From Trueperaceae bacterium (GTDB lineage Bacteria; Deinococcota; Deinococci; Deinococcales; Trueperaceae), in contig OZ243913.1 of NCBI GenBank assembly GCA_965213705.1, positions 928,001-992,000 on the forward strand: a stretch of 64,000 nucleotides of DNA. The letters are read 5' to 3'. Each line of letters begins with the position of its first letter. The stretch's first letter is position 1. Positions 52,705 to 62,926 of the stretch are shown one piece after another. The notes below the pieces were generated by a model, which was given only the letters and a program-made list of their open reading frames with translations, had not been told where the DNA came from and did not search any database. The position numbers and the translations under genes are program-made.

Positions 52705-54105
52705 ATGATGGACACTAGAACCGAAACCGACACGATGGGCGAAGTGCAAGTTCCCAACGACAAATACTGGGGCGCGCAGACGCAGCGCTCGATTGAGAAC
52801 TTTCCCATCGGGGTCGAGCGCTACAAGATGCCTACCGCCGTGGTGCGCGCCTTTGGAATTTTGAAAAAGGGGGCGGCCAAGGCGAACGCCGAACTGGGCG
52901 AGTTGCCCCGCGACAAAGCCGACCTCATCTCAAAAGCAGCTGACGAAGTTATCGCAGGCAAGCTAGACGAGCACTTTCCGCTCGTGGTGTTTCAAACCGG
53001 CAGCGGCACGCAGTCGAACATGAACGCCAACGAGGTCATCAGCAACCGCGCCACGGAACTTGCTGGCGGCGAGCTGGGCTCCAAAACGCCGGTTCACCCG
53101 AACGACCACGTCAACCGGGGGCAGTCGTCGAACGACACCTTTCCGACCGCCATGCACGTCGCCATGGTCGAGGAGTTGCACCGGCAGCTCTACCCGAACG
53201 TCGAAACCTTGAAGGACACGCTCTCTTCTAAAGCGCAAGAGTTCAACGACATCGTCAAGGTCGGCCGGACGCACCTGCAGGACGCGACGCCCATCACCCT
53301 GGGTCAAGAAATTGGCGGCTGGGTGGCGCAGCTCGAGTACGCCCTTGATGAGGTCCGCCACGCCGAACAAGGCCTGTACGACCTCGCCATTGGCGGCACG
53401 GCGGTCGGCACGGGCTTGAACGCGCACCCGGAATTCGGCGACTTGGCCGCCTCGTACTTTGCCGAGGAAACCGGCTTTCCGTTCAAATCCGCCGCCAACA
53501 AGTTCGCCGCGCTCTCGGCCCACGACGCGCTCGTGACCGTGAGCGCGTCCTTGCGCACGCTCGCAGGCGCGCTGATGAAGATGGCGAACGACGTGCGCTG
53601 GCTCGCCTCGGGGCCGCGCAACGGCATCGGCGAAATCACTATTCCCGAAAACGAACCCGGCTCCTCCATCATGCCGGGCAAGGTCAACCCGACGCAGAGC
53701 GAGGCGCTGACGATGGTCTGCGTGCAGGTGTTCGGCAACGACGCGGCGGTGGCTTTTGCGGGCAGCCAGGGCAACTTTCAACTCAACGTGTTCAAACCGG
53801 TGATGGTCCACAACGCGCTCTCGAGCCTGCAACTTTTAGGCGACGCTTGTAAAGCCTTCAACGACAACTGCGCGGTGGGTCTCGAGCCCAACCTGGCCCG
53901 AATTCGCGAAAACCTGGACAAAAACCTCATGCTGGTGACCGCGCTCAACCGCCACATCGGCTACGACAAGGCTGCCGCCATCGCCAAGAAAGCCCACAAA
54001 GAGGGCTCTACCCTAAAAGAGGCGGCACTGGCTTTGGGACACCTGAGCGAAGACGAGTTCGAACGCTTCGTCGTGCCTCGAGAGATGGTCGGCAAGCTTA
54101 ACTGA
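52705..54105 (+). CDS. fumC: Class II fumarate hydratase
   Basis: [55 protein letters not shown]. Confidence 0.96.
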   Translation: MMDTRTETDTMGEVQVPNDKYWGAQTQRSIENFPIGVERYKMPTAVVRAFGILKKGAAKANAELGELPRDKADLISKAADEVIAGKLDEHFPLVVFQTGSGTQSNMNANEVISNRATELAGGELGSKTPVHPNDHVNRGQSSNDTFPTAMHVAMVEELHRQLYPNVETLKDTLSSKAQEFNDIVKVGRTHLQDATPITLGQEIGGWVAQLEYALDEVRHAEQGLYDLAIGGTAVGTGLNAHPEFGDLAASYFAEETGFPFKSAANKFAALSAHDALVTVSASLRTLAGALMKMANDVRWLASGPRNGIGEITIPENEPGSSIMPGKVNPTQSEALTMVCVQVFGNDAAVAFAGSQGNFQLNVFKPVMVHNALSSLQLLGDACKAFNDNCAVGLEPNLARIRENLDKNLMLVTALNRHIGYDKAAAIAKKAHKEGSTLKEAALALGHLSEDEFERFVVPREMVGKLN

Positions 54106-54192
54106 GGTTGTAGGGTTGAAATTGTAGGGTAGCAAGCTGCCTGGACAAGCTTGCCCCGCTTAGGCTGATTGACAGTTCCGAAGGGGGACAAG

Positions 54193-55983
54193 ATGAAACG
54201 AACAGTCCTGATTTGCCTGACTTCACTTCTCGTTTTGGCTGCTTGTGAACGCTATCCGGGCCAGCAGGTCGACGCGCCGCGCGAGCAGCCGGGCGCCTCC
54301 GTCGCGGAGTACCAAGAGTCGACTGCTGATGACCAACTCCTTGACAACCCGATTCCCGGCACCGACACGACCCTGCAAGAAGGTGAAGCGGCTACCGGCC
54401 CCAACGCCGCGGGCGCGGCCGACCCGGTCGACCCCGGCGTCGACGCCGAAACGCAAACGGCCGTCCCCGACGCTACGAACGCCCAAGCCGACGACGCTGA
54501 AGTTGCTGACGCCGAAGTTACGGACACTGCAGTCACGGACGCTGCAGTCACGGACACTGAAGTCGCCGAGGCCGCGGAAACTCCGCTTCCGGACGTGCAA
54601 AACGTGAGCCCCGACCCCGTGGGCGCGGGTCCCGTGGAAACGACGCCCATAGACGTTTCCGCTGTAGCCACGGACAGTTTGGAAACGGGCGGTGCTGCAG
54701 CGGGTGGCTCGGAAACAGTCGCGGTCGCTGAAAGTACGGAATCCGGAGGCGCAGCCGAAACGGCCCCTGTTGAAAGAGACACCGAGATTGCAACCGACGA
54801 AACGGGTGACCTGGAGCGTATCGGTGAAACGTCCACAGTCCTTGCCGACGCCGACGCGGCGCGGGCGGTAGCGACCATCGAGGCCTGGCAGGCGCGGCTG
54901 GACGGTTCGGACGACCCCGACTTAGCGACGGTGAGTGAGGACTTGGCAACGCTCAAAACCGAGCTTCAGGCCGACTCGCCCGACGAAGCTACGGTCAAAA
55001 CTTTACTCTACAAGCTCGGTCAAGAAACGAGCCGTTTAGCGCTCGTCGCGCCCCAGAACGTGGGCGACGCGCTGAACGCGCTCGGCACTTCGCTCAGCGA
55101 AGCGGGTGAAGAAAGCGCGTTGGCTGACGCACCCGTCGACGTCGGCGGGGCGATGCCGGGGGTGGCGCAGTCGGCCACCCCCGCCGCGGACGCGACCAAC
55201 GAAGTCGCCACGGTGGTTCCGAACGTGTCGCCGCCCGCCGCGCCCGGCGCCCTGGACATGAACCTGCAAACCGGTACGGTGGAGCGCGACGACTCGGGCG
55301 TCCTCGACGCTTCGCTCGCCTTGTCGACGGAAACCGGCGGAGCGGTACGCCAAACATCTCAACCGGCCGAAACGGGTGGAGCCGAGACCGGGGCTACCCT
55401 TCCGGTCGGTGAGACGGGTGGGGCTGAAACGGGTGGGGCTGAAACGGGCGGTGCCGGGAGCGAGATAAGCGAAGCGGAAACTCAAGAGAACGTGACGAGC
55501 AGCCAGGCCCCCGAAGTCACCGAGGGCGAACTGCTCGCTTCGGCACGACTCAAAGATGTTGCGGGCACCGATGTCGGCGTGGTGAACGTCGTCTCGAGCG
55601 ACGCCGGCCTCACCTTCGAGTTCGGGCTGCAAGAGGGTGCGGCGCTCCAGACGGGCGAGCACGGCTTTCATGTCCACGAAACCGGCAGCTGCACACCCGA
55701 CTTCGAGGCGGCAGGTGCTCACCTCAACCCGGACGGCTCGAGCCACGGGCTCCTGAGCGCCGACGGGCCGCACGCGGGCGACCTGCCCAACCTCAACATT
55801 TCAGAAAGTGGCACGCCGACCTACGTCGTCACCACCACGCGCCTCAGCGAAGCCGACCTGTTCGACGCCGACGGCAGCGCCATGATCGTTCACGCCGACC
55901 CCGACGACTACGTCACCGACCCCGGCGGCAACAGCGGTGACCGGGTAGCCTGCGGCGTTTTGGAGCGTGTTCCTGCGAACTAG
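54193..55983 (+). CDS. sodC: Lipoprotein with long acidic repeat stalk and C-terminal Cu/Zn superoxide dismutase domain
   Basis: Lipobox LAAC; HGFHVH, C, AGAH.NP, HG, HAGDLPN, IVH, GNSG.RVACG. Confidence 0.8.
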   Translation: MKRTVLICLTSLLVLAACERYPGQQVDAPREQPGASVAEYQESTADDQLLDNPIPGTDTTLQEGEAATGPNAAGAADPVDPGVDAETQTAVPDATNAQADDAEVADAEVTDTAVTDAAVTDTEVAEAAETPLPDVQNVSPDPVGAGPVETTPIDVSAVATDSLETGGAAAGGSETVAVAESTESGGAAETAPVERDTEIATDETGDLERIGETSTVLADADAARAVATIEAWQARLDGSDDPDLATVSEDLATLKTELQADSPDEATVKTLLYKLGQETSRLALVAPQNVGDALNALGTSLSEAGEESALADAPVDVGGAMPGVAQSATPAADATNEVATVVPNVSPPAAPGALDMNLQTGTVERDDSGVLDASLALSTETGGAVRQTSQPAETGGAETGATLPVGETGGAETGGAETGGAGSEISEAETQENVTSSQAPEVTEGELLASARLKDVAGTDVGVVNVVSSDAGLTFEFGLQEGAALQTGEHGFHVHETGSCTPDFEAAGAHLNPDGSSHGLLSADGPHAGDLPNLNISESGTPTYVVTTTRLSEADLFDADGSAMIVHADPDDYVTDPGGNSGDRVACGVLERVPAN

Positions 55984-56052
55984 CGAGAAGTTGCGCGAGG
56001 GGCTCGAGACACCGACGACGTCTTGGGTTGGTTCGCACGTCTCCCGAGCACC

Positions 56053-56085
56053 TAAAAAAGCCAGCCTGACAGGCTGGCTTTTTTA
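56053..56085. terminator. Bidirectional intrinsic terminator
   Basis: TAAAAAAGCCAGCCTG-A-CAGGCTGGCTTTTTTA between convergent genes. Confidence 0.88.
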
Positions 56086-56100
56086 AGTGCGGAGTTCGGT

Positions 56101-56664
56101 TCAGCCTGTTCCCGCCACGTGGTGGTCGATGCCTTCGTACGCTTCTAAAAAGGCGCGCATTCCCGCTTCGTCGACGGTGTCGAAGCGTTGTAAACGGGTC
56201 CAAGCGGTCAGTGTGTAGGGCGTCTCCATACCTTCACGCGGGGCGATGACGACGTTGCGGTAACCGTCGGCGACCGCCTCGAGCTGCTGGATATTTTGTT
56301 CGTTCTCTTCGGGCGTGCCGTAGGCGTACCACAAAATGACGCCGCCGTCCTCCATGTTGTGAACCAACGGCTCCTCCGGCACGAGGTAGTCGTAGCTGCC
56401 CCAGGCAAGCAGGTTGGGCGTGTGCCAGCCCGAGGTGGGCGGGTTGCTGTTGTAGTCGGGATGAGCCGCGCCCTCGCCGATGTGCGTGTTGCCCTGGCTG
56501 CGGAAAGACTCGCCCGGCAGGTTGCGAGCGTTGACGGCGTTGAGGACGATGGGCACCGCGATGACGAGGACCACGACGAGCCCGATAATCCAGGGCCAAG
56601 GGTTGCCGCGCGTCTTCGCGTTGCGACCCCGCTTGGCAGGTTTGGTGTTTGTTTTGGTTGCCAT
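56101..56664 (-). CDS. DUF3105 family membrane-anchored protein
   Basis: TM, then H...YNSNPPTSG.H, VHNMEDG, TAW. Confidence 0.82.
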   Translation of the reverse strand: MATKTNTKPAKRGRNAKTRGNPWPWIIGLVVVLVIAVPIVLNAVNARNLPGESFRSQGNTHIGEGAAHPDYNSNPPTSGWHTPNLLAWGSYDYLVPEEPLVHNMEDGGVILWYAYGTPEENEQNIQQLEAVADGYRNVVIAPREGMETPYTLTAWTRLQRFDTVDEAGMRAFLEAYEGIDHHVAGTG

Positions 56665-56778
56665 ATCACCGGTCAGTGTAGCAGGTCAAGCAAGCGCTGG
56701 GGGAGGCCGCTTAACAAAGCAAGCGGTCGGCGGCGAAGCCCATTTTCGGTATGATGGCACCGATGTCGGGAGGACAAA

Positions 56779-57768
56779 GTGGCTGACACCTTTAGAGCGT
56801 TCCGTGTGACCGAACAGGGCGACGAGTTTGTTCGCAGCGTCGAGAACCTGAACCGAGCCGACCTGCCTGCGGGTGAGGTAACGGTCAAAGTCGCCTACTC
56901 GTCGCTGAACTACAAAGACGCACTCTCGGCGAGCGGCAACCGTGGCGTGACCAAAAGCTACCCGCACACGCCGGGCATCGACGCCGCCGGGACGGTGCTG
57001 CAGTCCGGCGACGAGCGCTTTTCAGAGGGCGACGAGGTTATCGTCACGAGTTACGACCTCGGCATGAACACGCCGGGCGGTTTCGCCGAAACCGTGCGTG
57101 TGCCCGCGGCCTGGGTCGTGCCCCTGCCGCCAGGTTTGAGCGTACGCGAGGCGATGGTGCTGGGCACGGCGGGCTTTACGGCGGCGCTCTGCGTGGACGC
57201 CATAAAGCACCAGGGTTTTCAAGACGGTCCAATCGTCGTCACGGGGGCGAGCGGCGGCGTCGGCAGCGTCGCGGTGGCGCTGCTGGCGAAACTCGGCCTT
57301 GAAGTCGTTGCCAGTACCGGCAGCGACAGCGCGCACGATACCCTCAAAAGTCTGGGCGCGGCGCGCATTGTGGACCGGTCCGAGCTGGCCCTGAAAAACG
57401 ACCGCCCCATGCTCAAAGCCGAGTACGGCGGCGCGGTCGACACGGTGGGCGGCAGCACCCTGGTGAACCTGCTCAAAAGGGTGGAGCCCCACGCCTCGGT
57501 CGCGGCTTGCGGGCTGGTCGGCGGTGCCGACTTGGAGTTGAGCGTTTACCCCTTTATCCTGCGCGGGGTGAACCTGCTCGGCATCGACTCGCAAAACTGC
57601 CCCATGCCCAAACGGCGGCGCGTTTGGGACAAGCTGGGCAGTGACTGGAAGCTCGACTTGACGCCCATCACGACCGAAATCGGCTTGGCGGACCTAGACG
57701 AGCACATCGCGGCGATGTTGCAAGGCCGGACCCAGGGGCGAATTTTAGTCAACCCGGCGAACCGTTGA
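56779..57768 (+). CDS. YhdH/YhfP (AcuI-like) MDR oxidoreductase
   Basis: YSSLNYKDAL, PGIDAAG, GTAGFTA, TGASGGVG, PFILRGV.LLGIDS. Confidence 0.9.
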   Translation: MADTFRAFRVTEQGDEFVRSVENLNRADLPAGEVTVKVAYSSLNYKDALSASGNRGVTKSYPHTPGIDAAGTVLQSGDERFSEGDEVIVTSYDLGMNTPGGFAETVRVPAAWVVPLPPGLSVREAMVLGTAGFTAALCVDAIKHQGFQDGPIVVTGASGGVGSVAVALLAKLGLEVVASTGSDSAHDTLKSLGAARIVDRSELALKNDRPMLKAEYGGAVDTVGGSTLVNLLKRVEPHASVAACGLVGGADLELSVYPFILRGVNLLGIDSQNCPMPKRRRVWDKLGSDWKLDLTPITTEIGLADLDEHIAAMLQGRTQGRILVNPANR

Positions 57769-57769
57769 G

Positions 57770-58231
57770 GTGAACGCTACTTGGGCCGTTTCCCGCTCGG
57801 CGTGGGGTGTTCTCGCGCTCTTAGCTATCGTGACAGGATGTGAAACGAACATGACCACTGCTACGGGCTCCTCCGGGGTGTTGCAACCTTGCCCCAACAG
57901 ACCCAACTGCGTCTCCACCCTGGCCGACCCAGCTGACGCTGAGCACTACCTGCCGCCTCTGGCGGTCGGGAGCGAGCCGCTTGTCATCTCGAGCGTCGCC
58001 GCGGTGTTGAACGAGTGGCCGCGCACCAGAATCACCGAACAGACCGACACCTACTTGCGCGCCGAAGCGCGCAGCCGCGTGTTCGGTTTCGTCGACGACG
58101 TGGAGTTTTATTTCGACAAAGAAGCCGGCCTGCTTCACTTCCGCTCGGCCTCGCGCCTCGGTTACTCGGACCTGGGCGTCAACCGCAAACGCATGGAAGC
58201 GTTGAGCGCGCGGTTGAAAGAGGTACTTTAA
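57770..58231 (+). CDS. DUF1499 family lipoprotein
   Basis: VTGC lipobox; PCPNRPNCVS, FGFVDDVEF, RSASRLGYSDLGVN. Confidence 0.88.
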   Translation: MNATWAVSRSAWGVLALLAIVTGCETNMTTATGSSGVLQPCPNRPNCVSTLADPADAEHYLPPLAVGSEPLVISSVAAVLNEWPRTRITEQTDTYLRAEARSRVFGFVDDVEFYFDKEAGLLHFRSASRLGYSDLGVNRKRMEALSARLKEVL

Positions 58232-58749
58232 CGCCCAAGACCGGCCGTCCCGGCCGCGTCCTCGGCTATGCTCACCGCGTCGCCGACCCGCAGGGTACCG
58301 CCTTTCACAACTCGCGCGGTGATACCGCCGTGGCCGCGCACGGCGTTGTAGCCACCCGGTCCGAGGGCCTCTTCCATGCGCGAGCAAGGATGGCAAGGAC
58401 CGCTGCCCTCCAGCAAAACCTCGCCGACCCAAAAAGGCCGGTCTTTCAAGGCCAACAGGTTGATGCCCGAAACGAGCAGGTTGCGCCGCAGGCGTTCGGG
58501 CTCGAGGCCGTTCAGACCGGCCAACGAAGCGATGACCGGTACGTGCTCAGCCTGCAGCAGCGTGACTTGCCGTGGACTGTCACCGGGCATTTTGCCGTCG
58601 GTGCGGCGGTCGCCCGCCAAACCAAGCCCCGACAAGGCGACGGCTTCCGTGACTTTTATAACCGGTCCCCGCCGCTCGCTACGCAAACCTATCCACACCA
58701 GTGTGCCGGTGCGCGGCAACGTCGACAACAGTTTCAACATACCGAGCAT
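58228..58749 (-). CDS. MOSC domain protein
   Basis: GLAGD, RQVTL, LRRN, PCHPC, GG.LRVGD. Confidence 0.88.
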   Translation of the reverse strand: MLGMLKLLSTLPRTGTLVWIGLRSERRGPVIKVTEAVALSGLGLAGDRRTDGKMPGDSPRQVTLLQAEHVPVIASLAGLNGLEPERLRRNLLVSGINLLALKDRPFWVGEVLLEGSGPCHPCSRMEEALGPGGYNAVRGHGGITARVVKGGTLRVGDAVSIAEDAAGTAGLGR

Positions 58750-58921
58750 TTAAACGCGCTTTGACCCCGTTTTGTCAAGATTGTCCCTTCAAAAATTTAA
58801 ATTATTGTCTTTGCGGGTTAGTCAGAGGTTAGTTAACTCACACCTGACTCATTAAGAAAAGGTTAAGCTTCTGGAGTCGAAGTTTGTAAATTTGCCAGCA
58901 GAGGGGGCGACGGGAGTCGTT

Positions 58922-59176
58922 ATGTATCACGCTACTTATGCCCGACTTAAAGGGGGACATCCTTCCAGGCTCGAGCGCCTTGTCAAGGCCTTGGAAGCGC
59001 AACGTTGCAAGGTGCGCCTCAACTTGGCGGACGGTCTTTTAACCGTGGATATTCCCGACGAGCAGATGTGGTGGGTGTTGACGGGCTGCATCACCATTTT
59101 CTTTGAGGACTACAAAGACGTTGCCGACTGGTCGTTCAAGTTCAAACCCGCCGCGCCCGGCACCCTCACCGCTTAG
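58922..59176 (+). CDS. Small hypothetical protein
   Basis: GGGAG RBS before ATG 58922; fills the gap between the MOSC and methyltransferase genes. Confidence 0.55.
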   Translation: MYHATYARLKGGHPSRLERLVKALEAQRCKVRLNLADGLLTVDIPDEQMWWVLTGCITIFFEDYKDVADWSFKFKPAAPGTLTA

Positions 59177-59260
59177 CGTTCTTGCCAAGCAGGCGGCTTC
59201 AATCGGTTCCGACGGCTTTACCTTCGCCGCTTCGGTCCGACCGAGAGGTTTCGGTTGCTC

Positions 59261-60445
59261 TTACGATTCGACCCGGCCCGACACCAACAAGACCGGCAGA
59301 CCGCCGTTCTTAAACGGTTGCACGCGCCTCGGCTCGAGCCCCGCCGCCGTGAGCCAGGCCGCGTCGTGGGTGACGAACGCAAACGCCCAACCCGCGTAGT
59401 TTTTTCTGAGGTGTTCGCCCCACGCCGCCAGCAGTTCGGCGACCTTGCGCCCTGAGCCGAGGCGGGCACCGTAAGGCAGGTTGCTGACAAGGAGCGACGC
59501 GTCGTCGCTGGGGGGCAACCGCAGCTCGAAGGCGTCCCCGGTTTGAAAACCCACCACCCCGTCCAGCCCGGCGCGGCCGGCGTTGGCTCGAGCCGCGTCA
59601 ACCGCTGCCGGGTCTGAGTCGTTGCCGATGAACAGGGTGGCGGTCGGTTTGGCCTGCGCCGCGGCTTCGCGCTTGAAGCGCTCCCACTTGCTCGGTTGAA
59701 AACTCGGCAGGTGTTCAAAGGCGAAGCTGCGCTGCCAACCCGGCGGCACGTTTTTGGCGAGCAATGCGGCCTCCAACAGCAGCGTGCCCGCGCCGCAAAA
59801 CGGGTCGACGACGCGCGCGTACCGCTCCGTCCCACTCGCCAGCAGCACGCTCGCGGCGAGCGTTTCCCGCAGGGGCGCCACAGTAATGTGCGTCCGGTAG
59901 CCGCGCTTGTGCAGGTGTTCGCCGCTCGTGTCGAGGCTTAAGCTGCAACGGTCCTGAAACAGGCGCACGTGGACAGTGAGCGGGGCTTCCTCTTGCAAGG
60001 CGGGCGCGAGTCCCAAAGGTGCAACGGCCTTTTGAACGGCCTCGTGAACCGTCTCGGCGATGTTTTTGTGGTGGCGCAGCCGCGAGGTTTTTGCGCTGAC
60101 CCGCAGGCTGTAGCCGGGGTTGAAGCCGAGATAGAGTTCCCACGGCACGCGAGCCGCCCGGTCGAACAGGGCCGGGTAAGACTGGGCCAAAAATTCGTCC
60201 ACGCGCAGCAGCACCCGGTGAGCGCTGCGGAGTTGCAGGTTGGTGTGGTAGAGCGTGTCCAAAGGCCCACCGAAATTTACGCCGCCACGCTCGCCGCCCT
60301 GAAGGGCAACTTCGGGCAGGACGGCGACCTCACGTTCAAGCACGTCCTCGAAACCGGGTGCGCACGGGGCGAAAAACTGCTGTGGCACTTTTCGTAAATA
60401 ACGTTTGACGCGGCGCTCGAGGGCACGCTCGGTGAGGTCTGGCAT
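59261..60445 (-). CDS. THUMP-domain class I SAM-dependent RNA methyltransferase (RlmL-like)
   Basis: LDTSGEHLHKRGYR, APLRETLAA, DPFCGAGT, NLPYG; TAAGCT box 6 nt upstream. Confidence 0.88.
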   Translation of the reverse strand: MPDLTERALERRVKRYLRKVPQQFFAPCAPGFEDVLEREVAVLPEVALQGGERGGVNFGGPLDTLYHTNLQLRSAHRVLLRVDEFLAQSYPALFDRAARVPWELYLGFNPGYSLRVSAKTSRLRHHKNIAETVHEAVQKAVAPLGLAPALQEEAPLTVHVRLFQDRCSLSLDTSGEHLHKRGYRTHITVAPLRETLAASVLLASGTERYARVVDPFCGAGTLLLEAALLAKNVPPGWQRSFAFEHLPSFQPSKWERFKREAAAQAKPTATLFIGNDSDPAAVDAARANAGRAGLDGVVGFQTGDAFELRLPPSDDASLLVSNLPYGARLGSGRKVAELLAAWGEHLRKNYAGWAFAFVTHDAAWLTAAGLEPRRVQPFKNGGLPVLLVSGRVES

Positions 60446-60465
60446 GGCTTCAGCTTAACCTTGAA

Positions 60466-60540
60466 GAAAGTACCGAGCACCGAGTGGAAAGTACCGAGTC
60501 AAAAAGGCTTTCCACTCGGTCCTCAGGACTCGGTACTTTT
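60466..60540. repeat. Structured intergenic repeat built from ACCGAG units
   Basis: GAAAGTACCGAGCACCGAGTGGAAAGTACCGAGTC...CTTTCCACTCGGTCCTCAGGACTCGGTACTTT; related copies at about 9134, 37132 and 62952. Confidence 0.7.
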
Positions 60541-60547
60541 CTCTTCC

Positions 60548-61348
60548 CTAGCTTCCGGGCTCGAGGGCGTCGCGCAGCCCGTCGCCGAGGAGGCTCCAGC
60601 CGAGCACAGTCGTCACGATGGCAAGGCCCGGCACGAGGACCGGGTACACGCTCAAACTTAGAAAACCCTGCGCCTCGCGCAGCATATTGCCCCAGCTCGG
60701 CACGTCGGGCGGGGTGCCCAGGCCCAAAAAACTCAGCGCCGCCTCGGCCAACACGGCGACCGCCAGGCTCAAACTCGCCTGGACCAGGATGGGGGAGAGG
60801 GCGTTGGGCAGCACGTGGCGCAGCAAAAGTCGTCCCTCGGACAGCCCGAGCGCCCGTCCGGCCTCGACGAAAGGGCGTTCTTTCAAAGACAGCACCGACG
60901 AGCGCATAATTCGCGCAAAAATCGGCACGGTCGCCAGCCCGATGGCGGTCATGGCGGTCAGCGTGCCCGGCGTGAACACCGCAGCCAGCAACAGCGCCAT
61001 GAGGATGGCGGGAAACGCGTAGAGCGTGTCCACCACGCGCATGATTAGCTCGTCCCACACCCCGCCCAAGAACCCGGCGACAGCTCCTACAAAGCAGCCC
61101 AAACCGAGCGCAATCCCCACCGCGATGAAGCCGACGTAGAGTGTCGCCCGTGCCCCCACCAACAGCCTACTCAACAAGTCCCGCCCGAAGTGGTCGGTGC
61201 CGAGCGGGTGCGCCGCGCTCGGCCCGACGAGCTGCACCGCGAAGTCGAGCGCGTTCGGGTCGTAGGGCAGCCACACGAAACTGAGGCCAGCGCCGAGCAC
61301 GACGATTCCTATAAGAAGGCTGCCGAGGACGAGGTTGAAACGTTTCAC
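60548..61348 (-). CDS. Peptide/nickel ABC transporter permease (DppC-like)
   Basis: HPLGTD.FGRD, RHVLPN, EAALSFLGLG, LLGDGLRD. Confidence 0.92.
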   Translation of the reverse strand: MKRFNLVLGSLLIGIVVLGAGLSFVWLPYDPNALDFAVQLVGPSAAHPLGTDHFGRDLLSRLLVGARATLYVGFIAVGIALGLGCFVGAVAGFLGGVWDELIMRVVDTLYAFPAILMALLLAAVFTPGTLTAMTAIGLATVPIFARIMRSSVLSLKERPFVEAGRALGLSEGRLLLRHVLPNALSPILVQASLSLAVAVLAEAALSFLGLGTPPDVPSWGNMLREAQGFLSLSVYPVLVPGLAIVTTVLGWSLLGDGLRDALEPGS

Positions 61349-61393
61349 AAACTCTAGGTTATTCGGTCGCAGGGGCCGCGTCTATACAACGAG

Positions 61394-61888
61394 CTAACTG
61401 CTAGAGCGCGGTGAACCCGGCGCGAGGGTTTTGCGGAAAACTATCTTATCTTCGCCTTTTGCGTAAAACTCCCGAATACGCGCTTCTTCTTCATACCCGT
61501 TTTTGCGGTAGAAATCGCGCGTCCGCTCGAACTCGTCCAGACCGGAGGTTTCAACCAGGAGCACGCGCTCGCCGCGTTCTGCTAGGGTTTGTTCGATGTG
61601 CTGCATCAACGCCGCGCCTAATCCTTTTCCCTGATAGTCGGGACGCACCGCCAGTAAAAGCGCATTCCAGGTTCCTTGGGTCATCTGTTCGGGTAGGTGG
61701 TAAGCAACAGCGACGGCTTCACCATCGTCGTAGGTGAGCCAATATCCGCTCTCTGCATCTTTAGCAAAATACCCGGTCATCATGTCATCCAGCAGTTCTG
61801 ACGGGAAAAGCCCAGTGCCGTCGATAATCTTTTTCAGCGCAGATACATCTTCGGGTATAACAGCTCGGATATTCGTGTTTATCGTCAT
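61394..61888 (-). CDS. GNAT family N-acetyltransferase; lower GC
   Basis: AVRPDYQGKGLG, VETS, FYRKNGY, ARIREFY. Confidence 0.85.
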   Translation of the reverse strand: MTINTNIRAVIPEDVSALKKIIDGTGLFPSELLDDMMTGYFAKDAESGYWLTYDDGEAVAVAYHLPEQMTQGTWNALLLAVRPDYQGKGLGAALMQHIEQTLAERGERVLLVETSGLDEFERTRDFYRKNGYEEEARIREFYAKGEDKIVFRKTLAPGSPRSSS

Positions 61889-61959
61889 ATCAGTTTCTTT
61901 CGTTAAAGCATCGGTGTAGGTCGGCAACGGTGTTCACGAGGTCTGTACTCTAACCCTAT

Positions 61960-62904
61960 TCAGTCATAGCGGATGCGCGGGTCGAGCAGCCCGTAGGAAA
62001 CGTCGACCAAAAAACTCAGCAGCACGATGGCGCTGGCGTAGACGAGGACTTCACCCTGCAGCAGCGGAAAGTCCCGTGCCCCGATGGCGGTCAAGGCCAA
62101 GCGCCCCAAGCCCGGCAGCGCGAACACTTGCTCGATGACGATGGACCCGACGAGCAGGTTCGACAGGCTGATGCCGAAAATGGTGATGAGCGTGACGAGC
62201 GCGTTGCGCAGGCCGTGTTTCCAAACTACGTTGCGCGCGCGCAGACCCTTAGCCCTCGCGGTGCGGATGTAGTCCTGGTTTAAGACTTCCAACATCGCCG
62301 AGCGCGTCATCCGCGTCATCACCGCGGCCTGGCCCAAGCCGAGCGCGAGCACCGGCAGCGCGAGGCTGCGCAATGTGGCGACCGGGTCGCGCGCCCAGGG
62401 CGTGTAGCCGCCCGCGGGCAACAAGTTCCACTGCACGCTGAACAGCAAAATGAACATTAAGCCCAGCCAAAACGACGGCACCGCCGCCCCAAGTTGCGAC
62501 AGCGTCACGACGAGCGGGTCCAGGACGCTTCCCCGCCGCAGCGCCGCGAAAATGCCCAGCGGCAGCGCGATAAGGCAGGCCAGCAGCGCGCTCAACAGCG
62601 CCAAAGGCAGCGACACCGCCAGCCGGTCGAGGATGAGGCTCGAGACCGGCTTCTGATAGTTCAGCGACTCGCCAAAGTCCCCTCGCACCACCCCACCGAG
62701 CCAACCCACAAAACGCAGCGGCGGCGCAACCTCGAGCCCGAGTTTCGTTCGCAACGCCGCCAAAGCCTGCGGGCTGGCGTTGACCCCGAGAATAACCTCA
62801 GCCGGGTCGCCGGGTACCGCGAGAAGCGCGACAAACACGAGCGTCGCGGCCAAGAAGATGCTGACGAGAGCGGTCAGAAAGCGTCGGACGAGGAAAGCGA
62901 ACAT
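61960..62904 (-). CDS. Peptide/nickel ABC transporter permease (DppB-like)
   Basis: PGDPA, GDFGES, PSFWLG, DYIRTARAKGL, LDPRI. Confidence 0.93.
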   Translation of the reverse strand: MFAFLVRRFLTALVSIFLAATLVFVALLAVPGDPAEVILGVNASPQALAALRTKLGLEVAPPLRFVGWLGGVVRGDFGESLNYQKPVSSLILDRLAVSLPLALLSALLACLIALPLGIFAALRRGSVLDPLVVTLSQLGAAVPSFWLGLMFILLFSVQWNLLPAGGYTPWARDPVATLRSLALPVLALGLGQAAVMTRMTRSAMLEVLNQDYIRTARAKGLRARNVVWKHGLRNALVTLITIFGISLSNLLVGSIVIEQVFALPGLGRLALTAIGARDFPLLQGEVLVYASAIVLLSFLVDVSYGLLDPRIRYD

Positions 62905-62926
62905 CTAAGTGGGGAGTAGAGAAGGC

